A stretch of 64,000 bases of DNA from an uncultured archaeon (lineage in GTDB: Archaea > Thermoplasmatota > Penumbrarchaeia > JASLWR01): assembly GCA_964342815.1 (NCBI GenBank), contig CAYFHS010000021.1, positions 1 through 64,000 of the forward strand, written 5' to 3'. The notes under the pieces are model-generated. The model was not told where the DNA came from. It was given only the letters and a program-made list of their open reading frames with translations, and ran no database searches. The translations under genes and the position numbers were made by a program. Positions 56,144-64,000 of this stretch are shown piece by piece. The stretch's first letter is position 1; every line of letters starts with the position of its first letter.

Positions 56144-57247
56144 ATGGATAGATATGATGTTATTGTAATTGGTGCGGGTCCCGCGGGAAGTACCACTGCT
56201 TACTATGCAGCCAAAAATCAATTAAATGTCTTAATTCTAGATAAAAAAAAGGAAATAGGATATCCCGTACAGTGTGGTGAATTTTTACCTGCCGTTGATG
56301 AGATTCGGGATATCTTGCCAAAGGTAAATAATTTAGGAGAATTGTTTGCTATAAAAGAAAAATTAATCTCTAAAAGGACCGCGTCCATTAAAATATTTTC
56401 CTCCAAGAGAAAGTGCTATGAGTTAAAATTCAATGGATTCTCGGTTGAGCGAAGGGACTTTGATAAATATCTTGTAGAGAAGGCCGTCAAGATGGGGGCA
56501 GAGCTAAAGACAGATGTTAAAGTTACGGGCATCGATGGCCATAGGGTAATAACCAATGGGGGGGATTTCAGTTCAAAAGTAATAGTAGGTGCTGACGGTC
56601 CTTTCTCGAAGGTAGCGGGATGGATGGGATTACGAGGCCCAAAGAAGCTGTCTCCCTGTATATTGTGTGAAATACCAGGCGATTTCGAACCCATGGTGGA
56701 AATGTATTTTGGCAGTATTGCGCCTGGAGGTTATGCATGGGTCATTCCGAAAGCAAGAGGAGCAAATATCGGGCTGGGGGTGCAGAAAAGGGGTAAAATT
56801 CCACTTAAAACCCTGTTGTTAAAGTTTCTAAAATTCATTGACATAAACGCAGAACCGATATTTTGGAGTGCAGGTCATGTACCTGTCTCGGGACCTATAC
56901 CTCAAACTGTGAAGGGAAATGTTATTGTAGTGGGGGACGCCGCAGGTCATGTAATGGCCACAAATGGCGGGGGCATTCCCATTGCCATGATATGCGGAAG
57001 GATCGCGGGAAATGTCATAGGAAGACATATCAATTCCAAATCGCCTCTTGAAGATTACGAGACAGAGTGGAGGCAAGCTGTGGGCAGAGAGCTCAAGACC
57101 GCATTGATGACAAAAAGACTTGCCGACCTCTCTTTCAAGAGCGATTGGACGCTTGATCTTGCCATGAGAATCTTGGGTACAAAAAGGATGGACCTGTCAA
57201 TAAAATGCAAACCAATATTTGGTGGTTGGAGAACTCGTAAGAACTGA
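56144..57247 (+). CDS. Geranylgeranyl reductase-family flavoprotein
   Basis: VIGAGPAGS, PVQCGE, R..FD, VGADG, PGGYAWVIPK, GDAAG...NGGGI and E..W. Confidence 0.93.
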   Translation: MDRYDVIVIGAGPAGSTTAYYAAKNQLNVLILDKKKEIGYPVQCGEFLPAVDEIRDILPKVNNLGELFAIKEKLISKRTASIKIFSSKRKCYELKFNGFSVERRDFDKYLVEKAVKMGAELKTDVKVTGIDGHRVITNGGDFSSKVIVGADGPFSKVAGWMGLRGPKKLSPCILCEIPGDFEPMVEMYFGSIAPGGYAWVIPKARGANIGLGVQKRGKIPLKTLLLKFLKFIDINAEPIFWSAGHVPVSGPIPQTVKGNVIVVGDAAGHVMATNGGGIPIAMICGRIAGNVIGRHINSKSPLEDYETEWRQAVGRELKTALMTKRLADLSFKSDWTLDLAMRILGTKRMDLSIKCKPIFGGWRTRKN

Positions 57248-57295
57248 AAAGGTGATTAGATCCCTCAATGAAATGTGTATCCATGGGAATTCACG

Positions 57296-58369
57296 TCACC
57301 TGGAATGTACCCGTTTCAAGTGACGTTCAAGATTTTCAGGCTTCAGGTCGCTCATGCACTCAGGACATTTCATCATCGACTTTTTTTTCTTCGTATTATT
57401 TGTTTTTTCAATCGATTCTTCGGATTTTATCTTACGATATCTCCGTTTCTTCAAAATTACCTGTATAATGATAGTAACTATTATCACAATTACCACCGAC
57501 ACGACAAAGGTCGATAACATTACGTTATACTTTTCATCGCCAGTAGCACCTGAATCATTCGGTTCGAATCCCTTGGTGATATTCACCCACATGGTATCCG
57601 TTCCCGCTTGACCCGCGGCATCGGTCACGCGGAGGGTTATCAAGTAGTCACCCTTGATCAGGAATGTAAAGCTTGCAATCTTTCCAAACAGGACACGAAC
57701 TTTCCCGTCGTAATTTAATGTCCAAGTCCAGTTCGCAACTCCCACGTTGTCAGCCGACAAAGATCCGTTGAACTCTGCAACCGTTCCCCGAGGACCCTGC
57801 AAATCGAGTCCGGCCATTGCCGTCGGCGGGGTAATATCCTTCACCACAAATTTTAACCCAACGGTATTATCCTGTCGGTATCTGGCACCATTCCCATGAT
57901 GCTCACTTGCAAATAGATAATAAGTTCCCGCTTTCGTCGGTCCCTTTAGTTCCCATGTCAAGGTATCTCCTAGGGTAACGTTATTTTTCTGATAAAAATT
58001 GTAGTTACTGGTACCGCCTGGGTCAGTAACAATATCCCAGCCATCCACTGAGGGTTGGCTGCTACTCGTTATCAGGCTTTTTCTGAGGAATACACCCATC
58101 GGGGAGTTGCTGGCTTCGGCACCATCCACTGTCACGGTTACGACCACCGTCTGGCCGGCTTCCAGATTGAGATCACTGGCACCCATGCTGATCGTCGAAG
58201 TGCTTTGGATACCATGGCAGGAACCACCGCAGTTATACTCCCGATTGCCGCTTCCCGGACCACCTGGATTTCCGGAAGTTTCCATAGAAAATAACAATAA
58301 CAACACTCCAGTTGAAATCATCAAAACGATTATACCTCTGATTTTTTCCGTTCTTTTCAATTTCATCAC
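57296..58369 (-). CDS. Exported protein with N-terminal CxxxCH, PKD domain, TM anchor and cytoplasmic C2H2 zinc finger
   Basis: CGGSCH at 58214-58231, PKD-like FNGSLSADNVG...WTW...TLRVTDAAG, a TM helix, and CPEC....KPENLERHLKRVH. Confidence 0.78.
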   Translation of the reverse strand: MMKLKRTEKIRGIIVLMISTGVLLLLFSMETSGNPGGPGSGNREYNCGGSCHGIQSTSTISMGASDLNLEAGQTVVVTVTVDGAEASNSPMGVFLRKSLITSSSQPSVDGWDIVTDPGGTSNYNFYQKNNVTLGDTLTWELKGPTKAGTYYLFASEHHGNGARYRQDNTVGLKFVVKDITPPTAMAGLDLQGPRGTVAEFNGSLSADNVGVANWTWTLNYDGKVRVLFGKIASFTFLIKGDYLITLRVTDAAGQAGTDTMWVNITKGFEPNDSGATGDEKYNVMLSTFVVSVVIVIIVTIIIQVILKKRRYRKIKSEESIEKTNNTKKKKSMMKCPECMSDLKPENLERHLKRVHSR

Positions 58370-58513
58370 TCCCCCGAATCTACATCTATTTATTGATCTC
58401 CGAGGATAATGTTGATGCTAGAGTAACACCCACGCTATCAAAAGCGATCCTACCATTTCGGTCGATCATCACCATTTTTATGATGGTTATTAGAAAGAGA
58501 AAAACCATTTTTC

Positions 58514-60934
58514 TCATGTTTCCTTCTTCTTGTGATAATTCGCAAGATATACGCCTAGCACCATGAGCACGGCCATGCCACCGTAGAGCACTGAGTTCCT
58601 CATCCAAGCAGGAAACGGGGAATCCCCACTCTGCTCTTTAGGTTCGATGTTGGCATCATCTTCTATTGCCGTGATGTTCCAGGTTATCTCAATGAAACGA
58701 CCGGAAATCTCATTGGTTATCCGCGCCCTGATCGTACGTGTTCCGACGTTTACTACTGGATAGGCCAATGTAAATATCCCGGTTGCATAAGGTTTGTTAT
58801 CCTCGTACCAGTTAATAGATACATTTCCGACCGTTTCTACATATAATACCACAAGTTCATCTTTGTTAACTAGCAAAGTCTTGCTCCAAGGATGGTGCGA
58901 GATTATCTCGGGAAGACCGCGTTCAGTAGAACCACTGCTCACCTCTTGGGTCGTCACATTCACTTCATCACTCGGGGCGCTTTCTCCAAGCAAACTGACA
59001 GCAGTGACATAATAATATAAATTATTGTAATACGATATGTTTGGATCCCCATCTCGGTATTGAGTCAAAATTGAATTGACTGATGAATAATAGGTTTCGG
59101 CACCTGAAAAAGGACCGCGATAGATATTATATATAAAAATAGCCAAACCTCCGTCATCCGTTGGAGTTTCCCATGAGAGATCAACATATCCGTGACTGAG
59201 TATCCCGCTCAGGTTTAGGGGCGCCGAAGGTTCTCTTTGATAAATTACGTTTAGCTCCTTACTGGGTTCGCTCCCCCCCAAAGAGTTGATTGCAATAACA
59301 TGATAGTAATAGGACACTCCATTTATAACGGAGGTATCGTTGTAAGATAGCGTTAATCCACTGACCATGGAAAAGTCAATAAAATTGCCTGATCCATCCC
59401 CTCTATATATCCTAAAAGCAGTTATTATAGCTCCCCCGTCGTTATCCGGGGCTTTCCAGATCAACATGACATACTCCTTGCCCACACTAGCCTGAACTTC
59501 CTTCGGAGGTTCCGGGGGACCCCGTGGGTTTGTGATATTGATATCACTCGGCTCTGATTCTCCTACGGGGTTGACCGCGGTAACATAGTAATAATAAATT
59601 TCTCCGTTGATAATAGAGGTATCGTTGTATGAGGTTGTGAAACCCAGTGCGGAATCAAAGAGAGTTTCATCACCAGAATTAATACCCCGGTATATATTAT
59701 ATCCCATTATAACGGTACCACCGTCATCGGATGGAATCCCCCAGTATAAGTGGACAAAACCGTTTCCTGCAATGGCCTCGAAATTTCCCGGGGCTGAAGG
59801 ATTTGTAATATCTCTTTCAGGTGATGCAAACAGCTCGATACTGGGATAGGATTCACCAACCGAATTAACAGCGGTAATATAGTAGTAATATTTTATCCCG
59901 TTTGTAACTGATGTATCGTTGTATGAGGATTTATTAATGTCCTGGGAAATATGGTACGTCTCGTTGCCAGAGGAGTTACCTCGGTATATATTGTAGAACA
60001 TTATTGGTGATCCGCCGTCGTCAATCGATGTTTCCCAGTCCAGTTCAACATAACTATTTCCACTAGTTGCCTTTGGATTCAAAGGCGGCGCTGGACGCCC
60101 ATATGGAGTTACAAAGACCTCAGCACTCTTTTCGGATTCACCAATATAATTTGTTGCGATTATAGAATAATAATAGGTCTCTCCATTGGTAACCAAGGTA
60201 TCATTATATGATGTCGTTGTGCCGCTCAACATGTCATAATAAGTTTCACTGCCGGGATCTCCACCACGATATATTCGGTATTCCATTATGGGTCGATCTC
60301 CGTCATCGTTCGGTTCATTCCATGATAACAATATATAGCCATCTCCCGGGATTGCTGTGACATTTAAGGGCTGGGAGGGAGGTTCATATGGGACTTTAAC
60401 CGAAGTGATGTAGCTGTAAGTATCAATGGCAACGCTATTTTGATGTGGATCAAGGGCGTAGAGGCTAATGGTCAAGGTGTCCTCACCAGGGAGAACCCCT
60501 GTAACAGACCAATTAAAAATCACTTTTTCGTCCGGAAAAAGATTATTTTTTTCTTGCTGAGGGTTGGGAATGTCCAACTTATTATCATTACTGTTCAAGG
60601 TCACTAGTAGCGAGGATATCTCGAAATACGACGAAGGTCCGGGGTCTCCCGTGTTTATTATCTCAACAGCTATCTTAATGACAGTTGAATTCTCGGTAAA
60701 TTCTGTAGGCAGAACGGATAAGGGATCGTTGGGGAGAAGATTACTAAACTCCTTAAAACGGTTGCCATGACACCCTTCACACATATTATCCGAGGCTCTA
60801 TGGGAATCACCCATAATACCAAAGTCTATCACAAGTAGAACTATCAATACCATACTCATCGCGACAATAGGTTGCAGGGCGCGGGTTTTTTCAAATAGTT
60901 TACCGTTTTTCCCCTTAATAGAGCCTCTGAACAT
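58514..60934 (-). CDS. Surface protein: N-terminal CxxCH, five FN3 repeats, C-terminal TM (paralog of 26058..28805)
   Basis: CEGCH at 60767-60781 in the context GDSHRASDNMCEGCHGNRF (paralog: GDSNRASVDMCLGCHGNRY), five FN3 repeats, and a shared YATGI.TL.YP domain. Confidence 0.87.
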   Translation of the reverse strand: MFRGSIKGKNGKLFEKTRALQPIVAMSMVLIVLLVIDFGIMGDSHRASDNMCEGCHGNRFKEFSNLLPNDPLSVLPTEFTENSTVIKIAVEIINTGDPGPSSYFEISSLLVTLNSNDNKLDIPNPQQEKNNLFPDEKVIFNWSVTGVLPGEDTLTISLYALDPHQNSVAIDTYSYITSVKVPYEPPSQPLNVTAIPGDGYILLSWNEPNDDGDRPIMEYRIYRGGDPGSETYYDMLSGTTTSYNDTLVTNGETYYYSIIATNYIGESEKSAEVFVTPYGRPAPPLNPKATSGNSYVELDWETSIDDGGSPIMFYNIYRGNSSGNETYHISQDINKSSYNDTSVTNGIKYYYYITAVNSVGESYPSIELFASPERDITNPSAPGNFEAIAGNGFVHLYWGIPSDDGGTVIMGYNIYRGINSGDETLFDSALGFTTSYNDTSIINGEIYYYYVTAVNPVGESEPSDINITNPRGPPEPPKEVQASVGKEYVMLIWKAPDNDGGAIITAFRIYRGDGSGNFIDFSMVSGLTLSYNDTSVINGVSYYYHVIAINSLGGSEPSKELNVIYQREPSAPLNLSGILSHGYVDLSWETPTDDGGLAIFIYNIYRGPFSGAETYYSSVNSILTQYRDGDPNISYYNNLYYYVTAVSLLGESAPSDEVNVTTQEVSSGSTERGLPEIISHHPWSKTLLVNKDELVVLYVETVGNVSINWYEDNKPYATGIFTLAYPVVNVGTRTIRARITNEISGRFIEITWNITAIEDDANIEPKEQSGDSPFPAWMRNSVLYGGMAVLMVLGVYLANYHKKKET

Positions 60935-61026
60935 AGAACATCCTCTTTTCTTCCTGTCAATTGTTTTTTACTAAATTCCCTAAAATAATAGGTAGAAATC
61001 GTTTTTTATATTTCCAGGGCTACAGT

Positions 61027-62079
61027 CTACCCGGCCGGGTTGTTATGGTCAACCATTTTCATTGGCACCAATTTTCTATTCGTATTGGGGGTGAGCCCAA
61101 CCAACTCGTCGCCCAGGGTGAGGAGGAGCACACCGACCATGGCCATCTGTATGAGATAGAAATCGTTCAACATGCGTCCACTGATAGCTATGAGCAAAAG
61201 TCCGGGTACGAGGTACTTTCTCCGTCCCTTGCTGCGTACGAGGAGAAATAAGGTGAGAAGGTAACACCATAGGGCCCCAATATAGATCGGTAGGAATAGG
61301 TAAAACTGGAAACCCAATGACCACATGGTCACCAGGGGTAAGATGTCGGAGCGTAGGAATGCGAACATCAACATACCGCCGACCATTATGGTCGGAAGGA
61401 TCAGATCGACTAAGCGAGGCCTCCGCCAGAACGCCAGCAGGGCCAGGAATGCCGATGCGACAGCGAAGACCTCTCCAATCCCATATACCCCGGTCCTTCC
61501 GGGAAGGGACAAACCCAGATTTGCAAGATCGTTTCCTACGTGTAGGTATAAGGCACTGAGGTATGCGATAAGGAGGAAAAGAAAAAACAGTAGAAGCGCG
61601 ACACGATGAATTTTTTCAGGTGCTTCGGCATCTAATGCTTCATGTTCTTGTAAGAAAAAAATCCTGTGCAACTTCCGCATCACAAGGGTAAACAGGAGAA
61701 GAATCGCCGTGATGCTGCCCAATAACACTATCAGCTCAATCCACGACCCGATGACCGAGACACTAATGAGAACCGTGACCCATATTAACAAGAACAGTGA
61801 TAGTCTTTTTTCCTTGTTCCAAAAGAGATAAGCTATAATGAGAACGACCGATATGGATGTTATGAAGGCTAAATTGTAAGCGATGTTTCCCATGAAGACC
61901 ATTATGGCAGTACCGCTCCTCTTCATCCACCAAGGAAAGAGGTCCGCCATCCTGTTGAGACCCCGAAGGATGATGAACTCTACTAGGGCAGAGATCATCA
62001 AAAGCTTTACAAATGCCGGAAGCAGATTAGCATATCGAGTTCGAGCCGATCCCGCATCCAGGTAGATCTTGGGCCTCAT
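61027..62079 (-). CDS. Polytopic membrane protein of unknown family
   Basis: About 10 hydrophobic helices. It overlaps the end of the TorD-like gene; the true start is uncertain. Confidence 0.7.
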   Translation of the reverse strand: MRPKIYLDAGSARTRYANLLPAFVKLLMISALVEFIILRGLNRMADLFPWWMKRSGTAIMVFMGNIAYNLAFITSISVVLIIAYLFWNKEKRLSLFLLIWVTVLISVSVIGSWIELIVLLGSITAILLLFTLVMRKLHRIFFLQEHEALDAEAPEKIHRVALLLFFLFLLIAYLSALYLHVGNDLANLGLSLPGRTGVYGIGEVFAVASAFLALLAFWRRPRLVDLILPTIMVGGMLMFAFLRSDILPLVTMWSLGFQFYLFLPIYIGALWCYLLTLFLLVRSKGRRKYLVPGLLLIAISGRMLNDFYLIQMAMVGVLLLTLGDELVGLTPNTNRKLVPMKMVDHNNPAG

Positions 62080-62740
62080 CTATTGGCACCTCTATGATTT
62101 CGTCGATTCGGGCCCCCAGATATGAAGCGTCCCGTGTGACTATCTTATGAACGAGACCCACCAACAGGGGATAGATCGGGAAATTCGTCTTGTCTCTTAC
62201 AAGGCGGTGGTGGACGCCGATCCACCTACCGAGGTGGTCGGTGAGGAACTTGGTTTGTGCATCGCGGCATATTTTGGCCTCCTCCAGCATCTGGTTGGAT
62301 TGGGCGATGGATTCTTTAAGACACAGGAAGGACATGAACTCGAGTTCGCTGCTAAGGTTATCCTGGCGCTCCCCCTTTGGTTGAACGCCGAAAGCTAAAA
62401 AGAAACCCGAGATATCAGCAAGTTCATGTGTGACCCTGGATGAGGGTACGTAAGAGCATTCGTAAGGGGGGGCTTCTCCCTTGGAAAAGAGGCGGGTATA
62501 TTCTTGGTTCATTTCCCTTACTGTCGGGGCAATAGCGCGGATTGCCTCTTTTATGCACGCTAAATCATCGTCCAATTCCACGTAATCCGAGGTTTCGGAA
62601 GTGACTCGGCCGAGATCCCGCAGCAAGGTGTTATCAAGAACCTGATCGGAACTGGAGAAAATCCTGGCAAGGAGACCGTACACCTGGGACCTGGTGAAAG
62701 AGATCTCGCATTCATGTATATGATCATCTATTTCCGTCAT
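62027..62740 (-). CDS. TorD/DmsD-family molybdoenzyme chaperone
   Basis: EYTRLF...PPYECSY, DISGFF.AFG, DNLSSELEFMSFL and FLTDHLGRW. Confidence 0.9.
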   Translation of the reverse strand: MTEIDDHIHECEISFTRSQVYGLLARIFSSSDQVLDNTLLRDLGRVTSETSDYVELDDDLACIKEAIRAIAPTVREMNQEYTRLFSKGEAPPYECSYVPSSRVTHELADISGFFLAFGVQPKGERQDNLSSELEFMSFLCLKESIAQSNQMLEEAKICRDAQTKFLTDHLGRWIGVHHRLVRDKTNFPIYPLLVGLVHKIVTRDASYLGARIDEIIEVPIDEAQDLPGCGIGSNSIC

Positions 62741-62746
62741 CTTCCT

Positions 62747-63940
62747 TCAATCTCCTTTTCTCTTTTTTGCAGGCCTAACCTTATTTTTCGTAGATTTCTT
62801 TTGAGAGTTTCCCACCTTCTTCTTTTTACCTTCCCCGGTTTTCTCGGGTTGCTCCCCTTCTTTTAAATCGGGTTTATCCTCAGTTGCCCTTGCCTCCCCT
62901 TCTTCCTTGGAGACCTTCCCTTTTTTCTTTCGCTTCAGTCCAAATCCAATGAGGCCGATGATAGCCAATAGAGCGATCACATACAATATCAGAATACAGA
63001 TCTGAGCAACATATGGGGGATTTTCTTCTTTGGTCTTACCGCGGGTCTTGAGGGTGACCCAGCTACTGACCGACTTCCGCGCTCCCACATCTTGGCTCTC
63101 CCCGTCCCAAACGGCGAAGGCGAGGATGTTATCCTCCTTGATCACAGTATCGTCTTGGTCACCGGTGTCCAAGGCCCTGGAGATCACAACGCTCCATGTA
63201 CCGTTCTTCCATACTCCGCGGCCAACCGCGTTCTGGGTCGCTTGGGTTGTGATAGTGGAATAACCCTCGGCAATGGCATCCTCCACAGAAGTGACCTTCA
63301 ATGGATCGGAGAATGGATTTCCCACGTGATAACCGGGCAGGTAGAGACTTGCGTTCCCGGGGAAGTCCTCGGGAACCCGATAAGGAGGTTCTCCCACAGC
63401 ATAGGGATAATAATCCACCCAGAAGTTAGGGAATGAGTCCTCGAGATCCTGGAACCCTTCTTCGAGATCCCTCTGCCAATCCGACTTCCACTGAATAATA
63501 TGCATTCTTGTGGTACCGGTTGCGGCAGATCCCATACAGACGAATGGGATGGAGCCCTTGTCTGCGATCTGGATGGCAAGAGCGTCACGGAACTCCTGAT
63601 TCTTGGTTGTCTTGTTGTTCTTGACCGCGTCATTCCAGGTGATCCGAAAAGCGATGTGGGTACCGTTGTTAAGGGACTTGATACGAACGGACTCCACTGA
63701 TGGCAAGAGCCGTTTTGGATTGGTACTTGTCTGGCCTGAAATAGGTACTGTAATGGATGTGGCTTCATCCCATAAACTTGATTCTGGATCTGTGGTCGGG
63801 AGATCCTCTTCCGTATAGACCGATCTCAGTTCAGTTCCAGAGTCCGAGGTTCCCGGGACAATACCCTGATATTGGAGCACCGTGAGGACGATAGATACAG
63901 TGATAACAAACATAATAACGGTTTTTTTATTCTTGATCAT
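62747..63940 (-). CDS. Type II DMSO-reductase-family heme b (gamma) subunit, EbdC/PcrC-like, with C-terminal TM anchor
   Basis: V.IKSLNNG..IAFRITWND, FRDALAIQ, FVCMG, QWK.DWQ, G.W..GTWSVV..R.L and AFAVWDG....G.RK. RBS GGAGGTGA lies upstream. Confidence 0.88.
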   Translation of the reverse strand: MIKNKKTVIMFVITVSIVLTVLQYQGIVPGTSDSGTELRSVYTEEDLPTTDPESSLWDEATSITVPISGQTSTNPKRLLPSVESVRIKSLNNGTHIAFRITWNDAVKNNKTTKNQEFRDALAIQIADKGSIPFVCMGSAATGTTRMHIIQWKSDWQRDLEEGFQDLEDSFPNFWVDYYPYAVGEPPYRVPEDFPGNASLYLPGYHVGNPFSDPLKVTSVEDAIAEGYSTITTQATQNAVGRGVWKNGTWSVVISRALDTGDQDDTVIKEDNILAFAVWDGESQDVGARKSVSSWVTLKTRGKTKEENPPYVAQICILILYVIALLAIIGLIGFGLKRKKKGKVSKEEGEARATEDKPDLKEGEQPEKTGEGKKKKVGNSQKKSTKNKVRPAKKRKGD

Positions 63941-63952
63941 CCTTTCACCTCC

Positions 63953-64000
63953 CTACGTGATATTATGCCGGTAGACCTCCCTTTCCGAGTCGTGGAAGAC
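63953..64000 (-). CDS. C-terminal fragment of the upstream gene (partial), possibly the Fe-S beta subunit
   Basis: Open frame VFHDSEREVYRHNIT* ends 12 nt before the gamma-subunit ATG. The identity is inferred from usual operon order only. Confidence 0.4.
   Translation of the reverse strand, partial: VFHDSEREVYRHNIT

Noticed and set aside
57561-57572. GGTTCGAATCCC as a tRNA T-loop
   Set aside because: It lies inside a long CDS on the opposite strand, and no acceptor, D or anticodon stems can be built around it.

Overview
This 64 kb window looks archaeal, probably Thermoplasmatota. That is an inference from the archaeal-type ArgRS, NikR and TrmB-like regulators, a geranylgeranyl reductase, CxxxY-type CcmE and many C-terminally anchored PKD/CARDB/FN3 surface proteins. 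From left to right it holds: (1) a NikR-like regulator and an FTR1 iron permease with a DtxR-like palindrome; (2) argS, a large anchored subtilase and an anchored Amidase_3 (peptidoglycan amidase-type) plus Asp-box protein; (3) a copper/heme island with HMA chaperones, CopA, a thioredoxin-CcdA fusion and a System I*-type cytochrome c maturation locus (ccmA, B, C, E, F plus unusual accessory genes), interleaved with exported proteins that each carry one N-terminal CxxCH; (4) an operon with three CuA-type cupredoxins, an SCO protein, a NapH/NosR-like polyferredoxin and an FAD/Fe-S/CCG oxidoreductase, but no oxidase or N2O-reductase catalytic subunit; (5) an ebo-like inositol/prenyltransferase cassette bracketed by two hairpin-rich intergenic elements that share a 30-nt core; (6) menA-like, polyprenyl synthase and GG reductase genes; (7) the distal end of a type II DMSO-reductase-family operon (heme b gamma subunit, TorD-like chaperone) followed by two more CxxCH-type surface proteins. 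No rRNA, tRNA, CRISPR array or intact transposase/integrase was recognised. All family calls come from motif recognition by eye; no database search was run.
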